Below the pieces are notes generated by a model. It did not search any database, had not been told where the DNA came from, and worked only from the letters and a program-made list of their open reading frames with translations. Of a stretch of DNA of 64,000 nt, positions 10,837 through 21,062 are shown in pieces. Position numbers and translations under genes: made by a program. Position 1 is the stretch's first letter. Each line of letters opens with the position of its first letter. The DNA is from an uncultured Gemmatimonadales bacterium (GTDB lineage: Bacteria; Gemmatimonadota; Gemmatimonadetes; Longimicrobiales; RSA9): assembly GCA_963798845.1 (NCBI GenBank), contig CAWCUS010000005.1, forward strand, positions 135,572 to 199,571, in the 5' to 3' direction.

Positions 10837-10905
10837 GCTGTACGGCCTGAGAAATCAGGTGAATAGTCGCCGCCGCGAGGCGCGCGGGGCGGCAGCGGCC
10901 CCGCG

Positions 10906-12357
10906 TCAGCCGCCGAGGTAGGTGAGGATCTCCGTCGCCTGCTGCGGAGCCTTTTCGAAACAGGCGTTCATGCTGATCCCGTAGAAGGAGCTGCCGGCCA
11001 CCCAGACGCCGGGGCGCTCGCGGAGGCGGCCATGGATCCGGTCGAGGCGGCCCTGATGCCCTACGGTGTACTGGCCGATACCGAGCGGCCAGCGGTAGAT
11101 GCGTGTGAGGGCGGGCTCGATGTCGGGCGCAATGCCCATCGTCATTTCCAGGTCGTGGCGGACCTGCCGCCTCAGCGACTCGTCGGGTGCGCGGACGGCC
11201 TCCGGATCGTGCGCTCCGCCGATCATGCAGCGCAGGAGGACCTCTCCCTCCGGTGCGCGACCGTGGAAGACGCTCGAGTCCCAGAGGCAGCCGAGGATGC
11301 GGGGGCCGGTGCTCCGCGGGACGAGGAAACCGAAGCCCTCCAGGTCGATCCCCGGGAGGTCCCGCTCGCGGAACCCCATGGCGACGACGGCCAGACCGGC
11401 CGTGCGGATCTCGCCCACGGTGGCCGCGAGCTCGGCGTCCACATCCTCCAGGAGCGGCGCGGCCACCGGTGCGGGGGTGGTGACGACGACGGCATCGGCT
11501 TCCATCGTGTCGCCGGACTCGAGTTCGACCGCCCAGCGACTTCCGTCGGCGGCGCGGACGGTGCGCACCGGCGCGCCTGTGCGGAGGCTGTCTCCGACGG
11601 CGTCGGTGAGCCCCGACACCAGGGTGTCCAGCCCGTCCTGGAAGGACGTGAGCGTCCCGCCCGGGCCGGCGGGCCCGCCGGGAGCGGTCAGCTCGGCCAC
11701 GTCCTCCCCGCGGGCGCGCCGGGCTTCGGCTTCCTTCTTCGCAGCGCGGCGCTTCCTCATGCCGGCGACCATGGCCTTGACCAGCCCCCCGTGCTCCGCT
11801 TCCATCCTGGCCATCTTGGGGAAGCTGCTCTGCAGGCTGAGCTCTCTGACGTTGCCGGCGAACACGCCGGAAACCATGGCGTCCACCAGCACGCCCGCGG
11901 ACTCCGGGCCGATGCGGCGGGCTGCGAAATCGAACACGCTCTCGTCGGTGTCCGGGCGCGAGCGAGCGAACGGCTCCCCGAAGACGCGCAGCCGGCCGGG
12001 GAGGCTGAGCACGCCGCTGCGGAGGAAGTCGATCGGGCCGGTGGGTACTTCGTGCAGTGTGCCGGCGCGATAGATGAAGCGGCGCGCGGCGTTCCGGTTC
12101 GCCCGCTGCAGGCGGCCGGTGAGGCCGATCCGCTCCACGAGCGCCAGCGTGGTCGGGGCGTTGTCGAGGAACCCGTTCGGACCCATCTCCACGCGGAATC
12201 CGTTCGGCCGGTCTGTGCGGACGTTGCCGCCCGGCTGGTCCCGGCCCTCGAGGACCACCACTTCGAGGCCGCCCGGAACAGCGCCCGCCCCATCCCGGAG
12301 ATGGACGGCGGTGGCCAGCCCCGTGATCCCGCCGCCGATCATGACGACGCGCTTCAT
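10906..12357 (-). CDS. hemY: Protoporphyrinogen (or coproporphyrinogen) oxidase, HemY-type FAD enzyme
   Basis: 483-aa protein with an N-terminal FAD fold (MKRVVMIGGGITGLATAVHL) and HemY-like length and motifs. It is the last gene of the heme operon. Confidence 0.85.
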   Translation of the reverse strand: MKRVVMIGGGITGLATAVHLRDGAGAVPGGLEVVVLEGRDQPGGNVRTDRPNGFRVEMGPNGFLDNAPTTLALVERIGLTGRLQRANRNAARRFIYRAGTLHEVPTGPIDFLRSGVLSLPGRLRVFGEPFARSRPDTDESVFDFAARRIGPESAGVLVDAMVSGVFAGNVRELSLQSSFPKMARMEAEHGGLVKAMVAGMRKRRAAKKEAEARRARGEDVAELTAPGGPAGPGGTLTSFQDGLDTLVSGLTDAVGDSLRTGAPVRTVRAADGSRWAVELESGDTMEADAVVVTTPAPVAAPLLEDVDAELAATVGEIRTAGLAVVAMGFRERDLPGIDLEGFGFLVPRSTGPRILGCLWDSSVFHGRAPEGEVLLRCMIGGAHDPEAVRAPDESLRRQVRHDLEMTMGIAPDIEPALTRIYRWPLGIGQYTVGHQGRLDRIHGRLRERPGVWVAGSSFYGISMNACFEKAPQQATEILTYLGG

Positions 12358-12367
12358 GCCGGGGCCC

Positions 12368-13762
12368 TCAGACGGTACGCGAGAAGACCGGCTTCTCCGC
12401 CGCCTTCTCCTTCTCGAGCTGGTAGCGGTCGAAAGCCATGCAGACGTTCCGGACGAAGAGCCGCCCTTCCGGCGTCACCCGCAGCGCCTCGGGCCCGATC
12501 TCGACGAAGCCGGCCTCCCGAACCTCGTCCAGCCGCGCCAGGGAATCGCCGAGGTAGTCGTCGAAGTCCACCCCGAAGCGCTCCTTCACGTCCGCCTTCC
12601 GCACGCGGAAGTTGCACATGATCTGCTGGATCACGTGCTGGCGGATGCGGTCGTCCTCGTCGAGGAGGTAGCCGCGGGCCACGGGGAGCCGGCCGGCGTC
12701 GAGGGCTTCGTAGTAGGTGCTGAGCTTCTTCTCGTTCTGGAAGAAGCCGTGTTGCACTTCGCCGATGCCGCTGATTCCCACACCGATCATGTCGGAAGCC
12801 GGCATGACGGTGTAGCCCATGAAGTTGCGGTGCAGCCGCCCCTCGTGCGCTGCCACGCTCAGCTCGTCCTGCGGAAGCGCGAAATGGTCCATGCCGATCG
12901 GCTGGTAGCCGGCGGCCAGGAAGCGCTCCATGGCCATGATGTACAGCTCCAGCTTCACTTCCGGGCTGGGCAGCTGCTCCTTCTCGAGCTTCTTCTGGTG
13001 TCCCCGGATCCAGGGGACGTAGGCGAACGAGTAGACCGCCACGCGGTCGGGTCGCATGCCGATGACCTGGTCCAGGTTCTTCCCGAAGCTCTCCGGCTCC
13101 TGCTTCGGCAGACCGTAGATCAGGTCAATGTTGATGCCCTCGTTGAAGCCCAGCTCACGAGCGGTCTCCACCAGTCGGGCGGTCTGCTCGTAGGTCTGGT
13201 TCCGATCGATGGCCACCTGAACCTCGGGCGTGAGGTCCTGCACGCCCAGGCTCAACCGGTTGAATCCGAGCTCCGCCAGCGTCACGAGGTGATCGCGGCT
13301 GGTCACGCGCGGGTCCACCTCCAGGGCGCGCTCGGCGCCGTCCACGAAGCGAAAGTACTTCTGGAAATGCCCGAACAGGTCGGCGAGCTGCGCCGGCGAG
13401 TAGTACGTGGGGGTGCCGCCGCCCCAGTGCATCTGGACGACGCTCCGCCGATCCGGGAGGTGCTCTGCGAGCAGATCGATCTCCCTCTTCAGGTACGCCA
13501 TGTACTTCTCGGCGACCGGCATGTGCGGCGTGATGACCACGTGGCAGCCGCAGAAGAGGCAGCGGTGCTCGCAGAACGGCAGGTGCGCATAGAGGCTGAG
13601 CGGTGCACCCGCCTTCGCGTTCGCCTCTGCCAGCTTCGCACGGTACGCGTCCACCCCCACCTCGTCCGTGAACTCCACGGCCGTGGGGTAGGAGGTGTAG
13701 CGGGGTCCGGGCCTGTCGAACCGCTTCACTGTTTCGAAGTCCACGTGGACCGAGTGCTCCAT
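12368..13762 (-). CDS. hemN: Oxygen-independent coproporphyrinogen III oxidase (radical SAM)
   Basis: 464-aa protein. The radical-SAM CxxxCxxC motif appears as LYAHLPFCEHRCLFCGCHV, and GGGTPTY is present. The length is typical of HemN. Confidence 0.9.
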   Translation of the reverse strand: MEHSVHVDFETVKRFDRPGPRYTSYPTAVEFTDEVGVDAYRAKLAEANAKAGAPLSLYAHLPFCEHRCLFCGCHVVITPHMPVAEKYMAYLKREIDLLAEHLPDRRSVVQMHWGGGTPTYYSPAQLADLFGHFQKYFRFVDGAERALEVDPRVTSRDHLVTLAELGFNRLSLGVQDLTPEVQVAIDRNQTYEQTARLVETARELGFNEGINIDLIYGLPKQEPESFGKNLDQVIGMRPDRVAVYSFAYVPWIRGHQKKLEKEQLPSPEVKLELYIMAMERFLAAGYQPIGMDHFALPQDELSVAAHEGRLHRNFMGYTVMPASDMIGVGISGIGEVQHGFFQNEKKLSTYYEALDAGRLPVARGYLLDEDDRIRQHVIQQIMCNFRVRKADVKERFGVDFDDYLGDSLARLDEVREAGFVEIGPEALRVTPEGRLFVRNVCMAFDRYQLEKEKAAEKPVFSRTV

Positions 13763-13770
13763 GACTGCCT

Positions 13771-14853
13771 CTATCGCAACGTCTGCTCGTGGACCCGGTC
13801 GACCAGGAACGCCACCGCATCCGGCTCGGTGGTCCGCTCGATCCCGTGGCCCAGGTTGAAGATGTGTCCCGGCGCCGGCCCCGCGGATTCCAGCACCCGG
13901 TCGATCTGCCGCGCCAGCTCCGCTCGCGGGGCGAACAGCGCCGCCGGGTCCAGATTACCCTGCACCGCCAGCTGCGGTCCGAGGATCGCCCGGGCATCCG
14001 CCAGCGGGAGGCGCCAGTCGATCCCGATGACGTCGGCGCCCGACTCGGCGGCCGCCGCGAGCAGCGTCGCCCCCTGGTGCGGGAAGTAGAGCAGCGGGAC
14101 GTCGTGCTCCTTCAGCGCCGCGACCACCCGCTGCACGGCCGGCAGCGCGAACCTCCGGTACTCGTGCGGGGCCAGGATCCCCGCCCACGAGTCGAAGATC
14201 ATGAGTGCCTGTGCCCCCGCTTCCGCCTGCGCGCCGAGGTAGCGCGCCGTGGTGTCCGCCAGCTTGTCCAGCAGCATTCTCGCCGTTTCGGGCTCGCTGA
14301 ACAGAAAGGCTTTCGCCTCGTGGAACGTCTTCGAGCCCTTCCCCTGCACCGCATAGCAGAACGTCGTGAACGGCGCGCCCCCGAAGCCGATGAGCGGGGC
14401 GCTGGACGGCAGCTCGCGACGCAGGATCCGGATCGTCTCCAGGACGAACGGCGTCGTCTCCTCGGGATCCGCCACGCGCAGCGCATGCACGTCGGCGGCG
14501 GAGCGGATCGGCGCCCGGATCACGGGCCCCGGATCGAAGTCCAGATCGATGCCCATCCCCTCGATGGGCGTCATGATGTCGCTGAACAGGATGGCCGCGT
14601 CCATGTCGTAGCGGCGGATCGGCTGAAGCGTGACCTCGGCCGCCAGCTCCGGCGTCTTGGTCAGCGTCAGGAAGTCGACCTTGGCCCGCACCGCGCGGTA
14701 CTCCGGCAGGTATCGTCCCGCCTGGCGCATGATCCACACCGGCGTGCGCTCGACCGGCTCGCAGCGACAGGCGCGCAGGAACACCGGCTCCTGAACGGCG
14801 TCGGCCCCGGCCCGCCGCGCGTCCGGCGACGGCTGCCCCGTTGCGCCGCTCAC
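13771..14853 (-). CDS. hemE: Uroporphyrinogen decarboxylase
   Basis: The motif PVWIMRQAGRYLPEYRAVRAK...TLQPIRRYDMDAAILFSDI is present. The 562-aa ORF is trimmed to the GTG at 14851-14853, which overlaps the hemL stop (GTGA). Confidence 0.88.
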   Translation of the reverse strand: MSGATGQPSPDARRAGADAVQEPVFLRACRCEPVERTPVWIMRQAGRYLPEYRAVRAKVDFLTLTKTPELAAEVTLQPIRRYDMDAAILFSDIMTPIEGMGIDLDFDPGPVIRAPIRSAADVHALRVADPEETTPFVLETIRILRRELPSSAPLIGFGGAPFTTFCYAVQGKGSKTFHEAKAFLFSEPETARMLLDKLADTTARYLGAQAEAGAQALMIFDSWAGILAPHEYRRFALPAVQRVVAALKEHDVPLLYFPHQGATLLAAAAESGADVIGIDWRLPLADARAILGPQLAVQGNLDPAALFAPRAELARQIDRVLESAGPAPGHIFNLGHGIERTTEPDAVAFLVDRVHEQTLR

Positions 14854-16142
14854 CCGAGTACCTCTCCGAGGACCTCGGCTGCCGCCGCCACGGTGTCGTC
14901 CACGTCCACGTGGGTGTGGGCGGCCGAAAGGAAAAGCGCCTCGAAGGGGCTGGGCGGCAGGTAGAACCCGCGCTCTAGCATGCCGTGGAAGTACCGCGCG
15001 AATGCGCTCCGGTCCTGGACCTTGGCGGTGTCCCAACCCTGAACGGGGCCGGCCGCGAAGAAGAGCGTGGCCATGGCGCCCACCCGGTTCCACGACAGCC
15101 GATCCGCGTGCTCGGCGACGATCTGCCGCATCCCCGCCTCCAGCCTCGACCCCAGCGACTCGAGCCGGTCGTACAGCTCCGGGTGCGCACGCAGGTGCCT
15201 GAGCGTGGCCAGACCTCCGGCCACGGCCAGCGGGTTGCCCGACAGCGTGCCGGCCTGGTAGACGGGGCCGTCCGGCGCGATCCTGCGCATCAGGTCCTCG
15301 CGACCACCGAACGCGCCTACCGGCAGTCCTCCGCCGATCACCTTTCCCATCGTGGTGAGGTCGGGACGGACCCCGAAGCGCCCCTGTGCCCCCCCCGCCG
15401 CCACCCGGAAGCCGGTCATGACCTCGTCGAAGATCAGGAGCGCGCCGTGCTCGTCGCATAGCGCGCGCAGCCCTTCCAGGAAGCCCGGCAGCGGCGGCAC
15501 GCAGCCCATGTTCCCGGCCACCGGCTCCACGATCAACGCCGCCACTTCGCCGGGCCGCTCCTCCATGAGCGCCCGGACCGAGTCCAGGTCGTTGTATTCG
15601 GCCACCAGCGTGTCCCTCGCCGCGCCCTCAGTCACGCCGGGGCTCGACGGCACGCCCAGCGTCGCTGCACCGGAGCCCGCCTCCACCAGGAATGCGTCCG
15701 CGTGCCCGTGGTAGCCGCCGCGGAACTTGATGAGGCCCGCGCGTCGGGTGGCCGCCCGCGCGAGCCGGAGCGCGCTCATGGTCGCCTCGGTCCCGCTGTT
15801 CACGAAGCGGACCACGTCCACCGACGGGACCATGTCCACCACCAGCTCGGCCAGGTCCACCTCGCCGGGCGACGGGGCCCCGAACGACGTCCCGCGCTCC
15901 AGCGCCGCCGCCAGCGCCGCGCGCACTTCGGGGTGGTCGTGCCCCAGGATCATGGGTCCCCACGATCCCACGTAGTCGACGTACTCGTTGCCGTCGGCAT
16001 CGGTCATGCGCGCGCCGGACGCGCTGGAGATGAACCGGGGCGTGCCGCCCACCGAGCCGAAGGCACGCACGGGGCTGTTCACCCCGCCCGGGATCACCGC
16101 CTTCGCCGCCTCGAACAGACGCTCGCTTTCGGTCGTCCTCAT
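14850..16142 (-). CDS. hemL: Glutamate-1-semialdehyde 2,1-aminomutase
   Basis: The protein begins MRTTESERLFEAAKAVIPGGVNSPVRAFGSVGG and has an aminotransferase class III fold. The ORF is trimmed to the ATG at 16140-16142. Confidence 0.9.
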   Translation of the reverse strand: MRTTESERLFEAAKAVIPGGVNSPVRAFGSVGGTPRFISSASGARMTDADGNEYVDYVGSWGPMILGHDHPEVRAALAAALERGTSFGAPSPGEVDLAELVVDMVPSVDVVRFVNSGTEATMSALRLARAATRRAGLIKFRGGYHGHADAFLVEAGSGAATLGVPSSPGVTEGAARDTLVAEYNDLDSVRALMEERPGEVAALIVEPVAGNMGCVPPLPGFLEGLRALCDEHGALLIFDEVMTGFRVAAGGAQGRFGVRPDLTTMGKVIGGGLPVGAFGGREDLMRRIAPDGPVYQAGTLSGNPLAVAGGLATLRHLRAHPELYDRLESLGSRLEAGMRQIVAEHADRLSWNRVGAMATLFFAAGPVQGWDTAKVQDRSAFARYFHGMLERGFYLPPSPFEALFLSAAHTHVDVDDTVAAAAEVLGEVLG

Positions 16143-16189
16143 TCCCACCGCGGTACGGGTCCCCGTTTCCGTCCGTCCCTGGGCCACGT

Positions 16190-17182
16190 TCAGGCGTTCT
16201 CCCGGCGCAGCGCCCGCGCCACGTCCTTCGCGAAATACGTCAGGATCAGGTCGGCGCCAGCACGCTTCAGCCCCAGCAGGCTCTCCATCGCGATCCGCGC
16301 CTCGTCCACCCACCCCTTCTCCGCGGCGGCCTTGATGAGCGCGTATTCCCCGGACACCTGGTAGGCGGCGGTGGGCATGCGGAACGTCTCCTTCACGCGG
16401 TAGAGGATGTCCATGTACGGGCCCGCGGGCTTCACCATGACGATGTCCGCGCCCTCCATGATGTCGAGCTCCACCTCCCGCAGCGCTTCCTCCGCGTTGG
16501 CCGGGTCCATCTGGTAGCCGCGGCGGTCGCCGAACGCCGGCGCGGAGTGGGCGGCGTCGCGGAAGGGCCCGTAGTACGCCGAAGCGTACTTCGCCGCGTA
16601 TGCGACGATCGGGACGTGGCTCAGCCCGGCCTCGTCCAGCTCGTCCCGGATGGCCGCGACGCGTCCGTCCATCATGTCGCTGGGCGCCACCGCGTCCGCG
16701 CCCGCCTCCGCATAGACCCGCGCCGCTCGCGCCAGCAGCATCAGCGTCGGGTCGTTGTCCACCTCGCCGTCGTCGTTGAGCAGGCCACAGTGGCCGTGAG
16801 ACGTGTATTCACACATGCACACGTCGGCCCACACAAGGAGATCCGGCACCTCCTTCTTGAGTGCCCGGAGGGCCCGCGGCACCAGCCCGTCCGGGTCGTA
16901 CGCCCCCGTGCCCTCGGGGTCCTTCTCCTCGTCCGGCGGCACGCCGAACAGGATCACGCCCGGGATCCCCAGCGCCGCCACCTCGCGGCACTCCTTCACC
17001 AGCTCGTCCACCGAGAGGTTCTCCACCCCAGGCATGCTCTTCACCGGGATGCGCACGCCCTCACCTTCCACCACGAACATCGGGTAGATCAGGTCGTTCA
17101 CCGTCAGCGCGGTCTCCCGCACCGCTCGCCGCCACGTCTCGCCCCGGCGCAGTCGCCGCGGCCTGTTCATCGGATAGCTCAT
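16190..17182 (-). CDS. hemB: Porphobilinogen synthase (delta-aminolevulinate dehydratase)
   Basis: The protein begins [40 protein letters not shown] and also contains ...[14 protein letters not shown].... Its ATG overlaps the hemD stop (ATGA at 17179-17182). Confidence 0.9.
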   Translation of the reverse strand: MSYPMNRPRRLRRGETWRRAVRETALTVNDLIYPMFVVEGEGVRIPVKSMPGVENLSVDELVKECREVAALGIPGVILFGVPPDEEKDPEGTGAYDPDGLVPRALRALKKEVPDLLVWADVCMCEYTSHGHCGLLNDDGEVDNDPTLMLLARAARVYAEAGADAVAPSDMMDGRVAAIRDELDEAGLSHVPIVAYAAKYASAYYGPFRDAAHSAPAFGDRRGYQMDPANAEEALREVELDIMEGADIVMVKPAGPYMDILYRVKETFRMPTAAYQVSGEYALIKAAAEKGWVDEARIAMESLLGLKRAGADLILTYFAKDVARALRRENA

Positions 17183-17976
17183 GTCGCTCCTCTGGCACCT
17201 CCACCGGCGAAGCGCCGCTCGACGGCGTCCGCCAATCCTTCGAACGAATGCTCCTCTGCCTCCACGACTTCCCGGACCCCGAGTCCGCGGAGCGCCGTGG
17301 TCGTGGTCGGGCCGATCGCGACGAACGGGAACGTCGTCGCCAGCTCCCTGAACAGCGCCTCCCCGAGCGCCGCGACCAGGTTCTCCGCCGACGACGGGCT
17401 CGTCACGGTGATCGCCGCCACGGCTTCCCTCTCCACCAGGCGCCGACACGCTTCGACGTCCAGCGAAACGGGGACGATCCGATAAGCGGTCACCCGATCC
17501 ACAATCGCACCCGCGCGCTCCAGCCCCTCCGGCACCTGGTCGCGCGCCAGCTCGGAAGCGGGAAACAGGATCCGCGCCCCACGTCCCAGCCCGTCGCACT
17601 GGAACGCAGCCACCAGAGCCGCGCCGGTCTGGTCGCCCGGGATGAGGTCCACCCCCCAGCCCACCGCTTCGGCGGCTCCCGCGGTTCCCTCCCCGACCGC
17701 CGCCACGCGCACCCCGGCCGGGATCTCCGCGACCAGCGCCGCCACGGCATCGACGGCCCGACGGCTGGTGAGGACGATCCAGTCGTAGCGTCCGAGGTCC
17801 GCGAGCGCGGCCTGCAGCGGGGCCGGGTCCTGCGGTGGGGTCGCGGCGAGGACGGGCCAGTGGATCACGGCGGCCCCGCGCTCGCGCAGCGCGGCGCTGA
17901 GCGGTCCGTCCCCGTCCTCGTCCCGCGTCACGACAACCCCCAGGCCGGACAGCGGCCGTTCAGTGCGTCCCGACAC
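17179..17976 (-). CDS. hemD: Uroporphyrinogen-III synthase
   Basis: 265-aa protein containing [35 protein letters not shown]...[14 protein letters not shown]. It sits in the HemD position between hemC and hemB. Confidence 0.8.
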   Translation of the reverse strand: MSGRTERPLSGLGVVVTRDEDGDGPLSAALRERGAAVIHWPVLAATPPQDPAPLQAALADLGRYDWIVLTSRRAVDAVAALVAEIPAGVRVAAVGEGTAGAAEAVGWGVDLIPGDQTGAALVAAFQCDGLGRGARILFPASELARDQVPEGLERAGAIVDRVTAYRIVPVSLDVEACRRLVEREAVAAITVTSPSSAENLVAALGEALFRELATTFPFVAIGPTTTTALRGLGVREVVEAEEHSFEGLADAVERRFAGGGARGAT

Positions 17977-18913
17977 CGGACTCCAGGGCAGTACGGATCG
18001 CGTCCATTATGGCCCCGCCGCCACGCTTGAGGAGCGACCGGGCCAGGCGGCGTCCCAGCGCTTCTGCATCGGTCGGATCACCCGTGATCGACCCCTCCAC
18101 GGTGCGGCTCCCATCCAGGGCGGCCAGGGCCGCCCGAAGCGTCAGCTCCTTCTCGTGGATGGTGGCATGGGCACCCAGCGGCACCTGGCACCCGCCCTCC
18201 ACCTCGTGCAGGAGGGCGCGCTCGGCGAGCGTGCGGCGCCGCGTGTCTTCGTGGTCGAGCGGCATCAGCCACCGCCCCGCCCGCGGGTCGTCCGCCCTCG
18301 CCTCGATCCCGATCGCGCCCTGCGAGACGGCGGGCAGCAGGATGCCGGCGGGAAAATAGTCGGTGATGCGCTCGCTCAGCCCCAGCCGCTTCACGCCCGC
18401 CGCCGCCAGGACGATGCCGTCGTAGTCGCCGTCGTCGAGCCGGCGGATGCGCGTCGGCACGTTGCCGCGCAGATCGCTGAGCCGGAGATCGTCGCGCCAG
18501 GTGCGCAGGAAGGCGCGGCGTCGAAGGCTGCTCGTACCCACGCGAGCGCCCGCGGGCAGGGATTCCAGCCGGAGGCCGGGTCGGGCGATGAGCACGTCGC
18601 GCGGGTCTTCCCGCTCCAGGACCGCCACGAGCGCCAGGCCCTCGGGCATCGTGGTGGCCAGGTCCTTCAGCGAATGGACGGCCAGGTCCACGCGACCATC
18701 CAGGATCGCCTGCTCCAGCTCCTTGGTGAAGAACGCCTTGCCCGGCAACGCCGACAGCGCCACATCCTGGATCCGGTCCCCCTCGGTCTCGACATGGACC
18801 AGCTCCACGGCCGGCGCATCGGTCAGCCCCCGGATCCTCGCCGCGACGTGCTCGGCCTGCCAGAGCGCCAGCGCCGATGCCCGCGTCCCGATCCGCAGAA
18901 TCCGCTGGCTCAC
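17960..18913 (-). CDS. hemC: Hydroxymethylbilane synthase (porphobilinogen deaminase)
   Basis: 317-aa protein with MSQRILRIGTRASALALWQAEHVAARI..., ...FTKELEQAILDGRVDLAVHSLKD... and ...GGCQVPLGAHA. Confidence 0.9.
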   Translation of the reverse strand: MSQRILRIGTRASALALWQAEHVAARIRGLTDAPAVELVHVETEGDRIQDVALSALPGKAFFTKELEQAILDGRVDLAVHSLKDLATTMPEGLALVAVLEREDPRDVLIARPGLRLESLPAGARVGTSSLRRRAFLRTWRDDLRLSDLRGNVPTRIRRLDDGDYDGIVLAAAGVKRLGLSERITDYFPAGILLPAVSQGAIGIEARADDPRAGRWLMPLDHEDTRRRTLAERALLHEVEGGCQVPLGAHATIHEKELTLRAALAALDGSRTVEGSITGDPTDAEALGRRLARSLLKRGGGAIMDAIRTALESGVGTH

Positions 18914-20214
18914 TCCTCGCCCCCTTCGTCGTCGCCCGCGTCCCGATAGCGCTCCGGCTCCAGCTCGAACAGCTCCTGCACGGCAACCAGCTTGGTCAGC
19001 CCGTGGTACGTCGCCGAGTCCATGTTCCGGATCCGCGTCGTGGGCTGGTGAAGCAGCTTGTTGATCAGCGCGCGCGTGTACGCCTGCAGGACTTCCTCGT
19101 CCGCACGGCCGAAGCGTCGCCCATGCTTCGCCGCCTCCTCCCGCCCGATCTCGTGGAACCGGTCCCGGAGCGCCCGCAGCACGGGCACGACCTGGAGCGA
19201 GTCGTACCAGGCGAAGAACGCGTCCACTTCCTCATCCACGATCCTCTCCACCCGCGGGATCTCCTTCGACCGCCGCGAGCGGTTCTGATCGGCGATGCTC
19301 TCCAGCGCGTCCAGGTCGTACAGGAAGATGCTGTCGATCTTTCCCACCGCCGGATCGATGTTGCGCGGGTTGGAAATGTCGATCAGCACCAGCGGAGAGC
19401 GGCCGCGTTTCTTCATCACCGCGTTCAGGTGGTCGCTCTGGAGCACCGGCTCCGGCGACGACGTGGCGGTCACCACCACACTCGCCTCCCGCAGCGCCTC
19501 CTCCAGCTGCTCGAACGGGCGCGCCTCGCCACCCAGCTCCCGGGCCAGCCGCTCCGCCCGCTCGAACGTCCGGTTCAGGACCACCAGCCGGCCCGGCTTC
19601 TGGTCCGCAAGGTGCCTCGCGGCCAGGGTTCCCGTCTCCCCGGCGCCCACCACCACGACCGTGTGCTTCTCGAGGCCGTCGAACACCTTCAGCGCCATTT
19701 CCACGGCGGCGTACGCTACCGAAACGGTTCCTTTCCCGATGTCCGTCTCCGTGCGGGCCCGTTTTCCGACGTGGACCGCGGAGTTGAACAGCCGCGTCAG
19801 GACCGCACCCGCCCCCCGGCTCTGGTCCGCCATCTTGTGCGCGTCTCGGACCTGACCGAGGATCTGCGGCTCGCCCACCATCAGCGACTCGATCCCCGCG
19901 GCCACCCGGAACAGGTGCTGCACCCCCTGGCGACCCTTCAGCAGGTAGGTGTAGCGACCGTTGCCCAGGTGCGGGACGCCCTTCTGAAGAGCCACGGCCT
20001 CGCGGATCAGTCCCTCGCCCACCGGCGGCTCCCTCACCAGCGAGTAGATCTCCGTCCGGTTGCACGTGGAGAGGACCGACACCTCGAGCACGTCCTCGCG
20101 CCGCCCGCGCAGACGGCCGCAGAACTGCTCCACGTCCATGGGGCTGAACTGGACCTGGTCCCGGATCTCCGCCGGTGCGGTATCGTGGCTCGTGCCGAGG
20201 ACGATCAGGTCCAT
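18910..20214 (-). CDS. hemA: Glutamyl-tRNA reductase
   Basis: 434-aa protein with MDLIVLGTSHDTAPAEIRDQV..., ...LSTCNRTEIY... and ...VVVVGAGETGTLAARHL. It overlaps hemC by 4 nt. Confidence 0.9.
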   Translation of the reverse strand: MDLIVLGTSHDTAPAEIRDQVQFSPMDVEQFCGRLRGRREDVLEVSVLSTCNRTEIYSLVREPPVGEGLIREAVALQKGVPHLGNGRYTYLLKGRQGVQHLFRVAAGIESLMVGEPQILGQVRDAHKMADQSRGAGAVLTRLFNSAVHVGKRARTETDIGKGTVSVAYAAVEMALKVFDGLEKHTVVVVGAGETGTLAARHLADQKPGRLVVLNRTFERAERLARELGGEARPFEQLEEALREASVVVTATSSPEPVLQSDHLNAVMKKRGRSPLVLIDISNPRNIDPAVGKIDSIFLYDLDALESIADQNRSRRSKEIPRVERIVDEEVDAFFAWYDSLQVVPVLRALRDRFHEIGREEAAKHGRRFGRADEEVLQAYTRALINKLLHQPTTRIRNMDSATYHGLTKLVAVQELFELEPERYRDAGDDEGGEE

Positions 20215-20218
20215 GTTC

Positions 20219-21058
20219 TCATGTGAAGTCGTGGAACGACGGAATCAGCAGCGTCACGGTGAGCGACGACGCGACCATGAAGCCGAACGCGAACACCGTG
20301 ACCGAGGCCAGGGTGCTCTTCGGCCACCGGAACAGCCAGAGCCCCAAGAGACAGGCGCCGTACACGAACCAGACGGCCGCGGTCAGAAGGAACTTGGGAT
20401 CCACCAGCAGGTTCACGTCCAGCTGGCCCGTGTGTTCCAGCGTGAGCGCCCACACGGTCCCCGCCAGGATCGCCGCGGTGAGCGCCGACCACCCCAGTCC
20501 GAGCGCCCACACGTTGAGGCGCGACAGCGTCTCCAGGTTGGGCAGCCGCTGGAAGAGCAGGCCCACCTGCTTCCGCTTCAGCTGCCGGTACTGCAGCAGG
20601 TACATGACGCCGTACAGCGCGGACACCGCCAGCGAGACGTACCCGATCATAGCCGTGGTCACGTGGATACCGAACATCGGCGAGCGCAGGATCTCCGGCA
20701 CCTCTCCGCTGTGCGTGATGAACGCCGTCGAGAGCATCTGGAGAAAGAGCACCCCCGCGAGCAGGAACGCCCCCGTCGCCCGGTCCCGCATCTGCCACTC
20801 CAGGACGAGGTACACGAGCGCCACCGCCCACGCGATGAACGTCAGGCTCTCCCATGTATTCGCCAGGGGGATGTGCCGGTACGCGAGCCCGCTCAGCACC
20901 AGGTAGACCACGTGCACGGTCACCACCACCCACGTGATCGCCGGCGCCGCCCACGCCACGCGCGCTTCCGGCTGCGCAAACACGAAAACGTACGCCAGCA
21001 GCGCCAGCAGGTACCCCACCGGGAGAAGCCCGTTCAGGACCGCGAGCGTGGTCAGCAT
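20219..21058 (-). CDS. Cytochrome c assembly (CcsA/HemX-like) family integral membrane protein
   Basis: 279-aa polytopic membrane protein with about 8 TM helices. It contains a Trp-rich segment (NTWESLTFIAWAVALVYLVLEW). It lies immediately upstream of hemA, the same position HemX occupies in the Bacillus hemAXCDBL operon. Confidence 0.7.
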   Translation of the reverse strand: MLTTLAVLNGLLPVGYLLALLAYVFVFAQPEARVAWAAPAITWVVVTVHVVYLVLSGLAYRHIPLANTWESLTFIAWAVALVYLVLEWQMRDRATGAFLLAGVLFLQMLSTAFITHSGEVPEILRSPMFGIHVTTAMIGYVSLAVSALYGVMYLLQYRQLKRKQVGLLFQRLPNLETLSRLNVWALGLGWSALTAAILAGTVWALTLEHTGQLDVNLLVDPKFLLTAAVWFVYGACLLGLWLFRWPKSTLASVTVFAFGFMVASSLTVTLLIPSFHDFT

Positions 21059-21062
21059 GGGC

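Noticed and set aside
13771-15459. Long N-terminal extensions in the ORF track. Affected genes are hemE (562 aa), hemL, hemB, hemH, rpe, rpiA, nadK, pheT, pheS, mutL (1005 aa), pit, bshA, coaX, cmk, aroA and the OMP.
   Set aside because: The extensions are Arg/Gly/Pro-rich and lie inside the upstream gene. The conserved N-termini start at internal ATG, GTG or TTG codons that typically overlap the upstream stop (ATGA/GTGA). I trimmed them accordingly.
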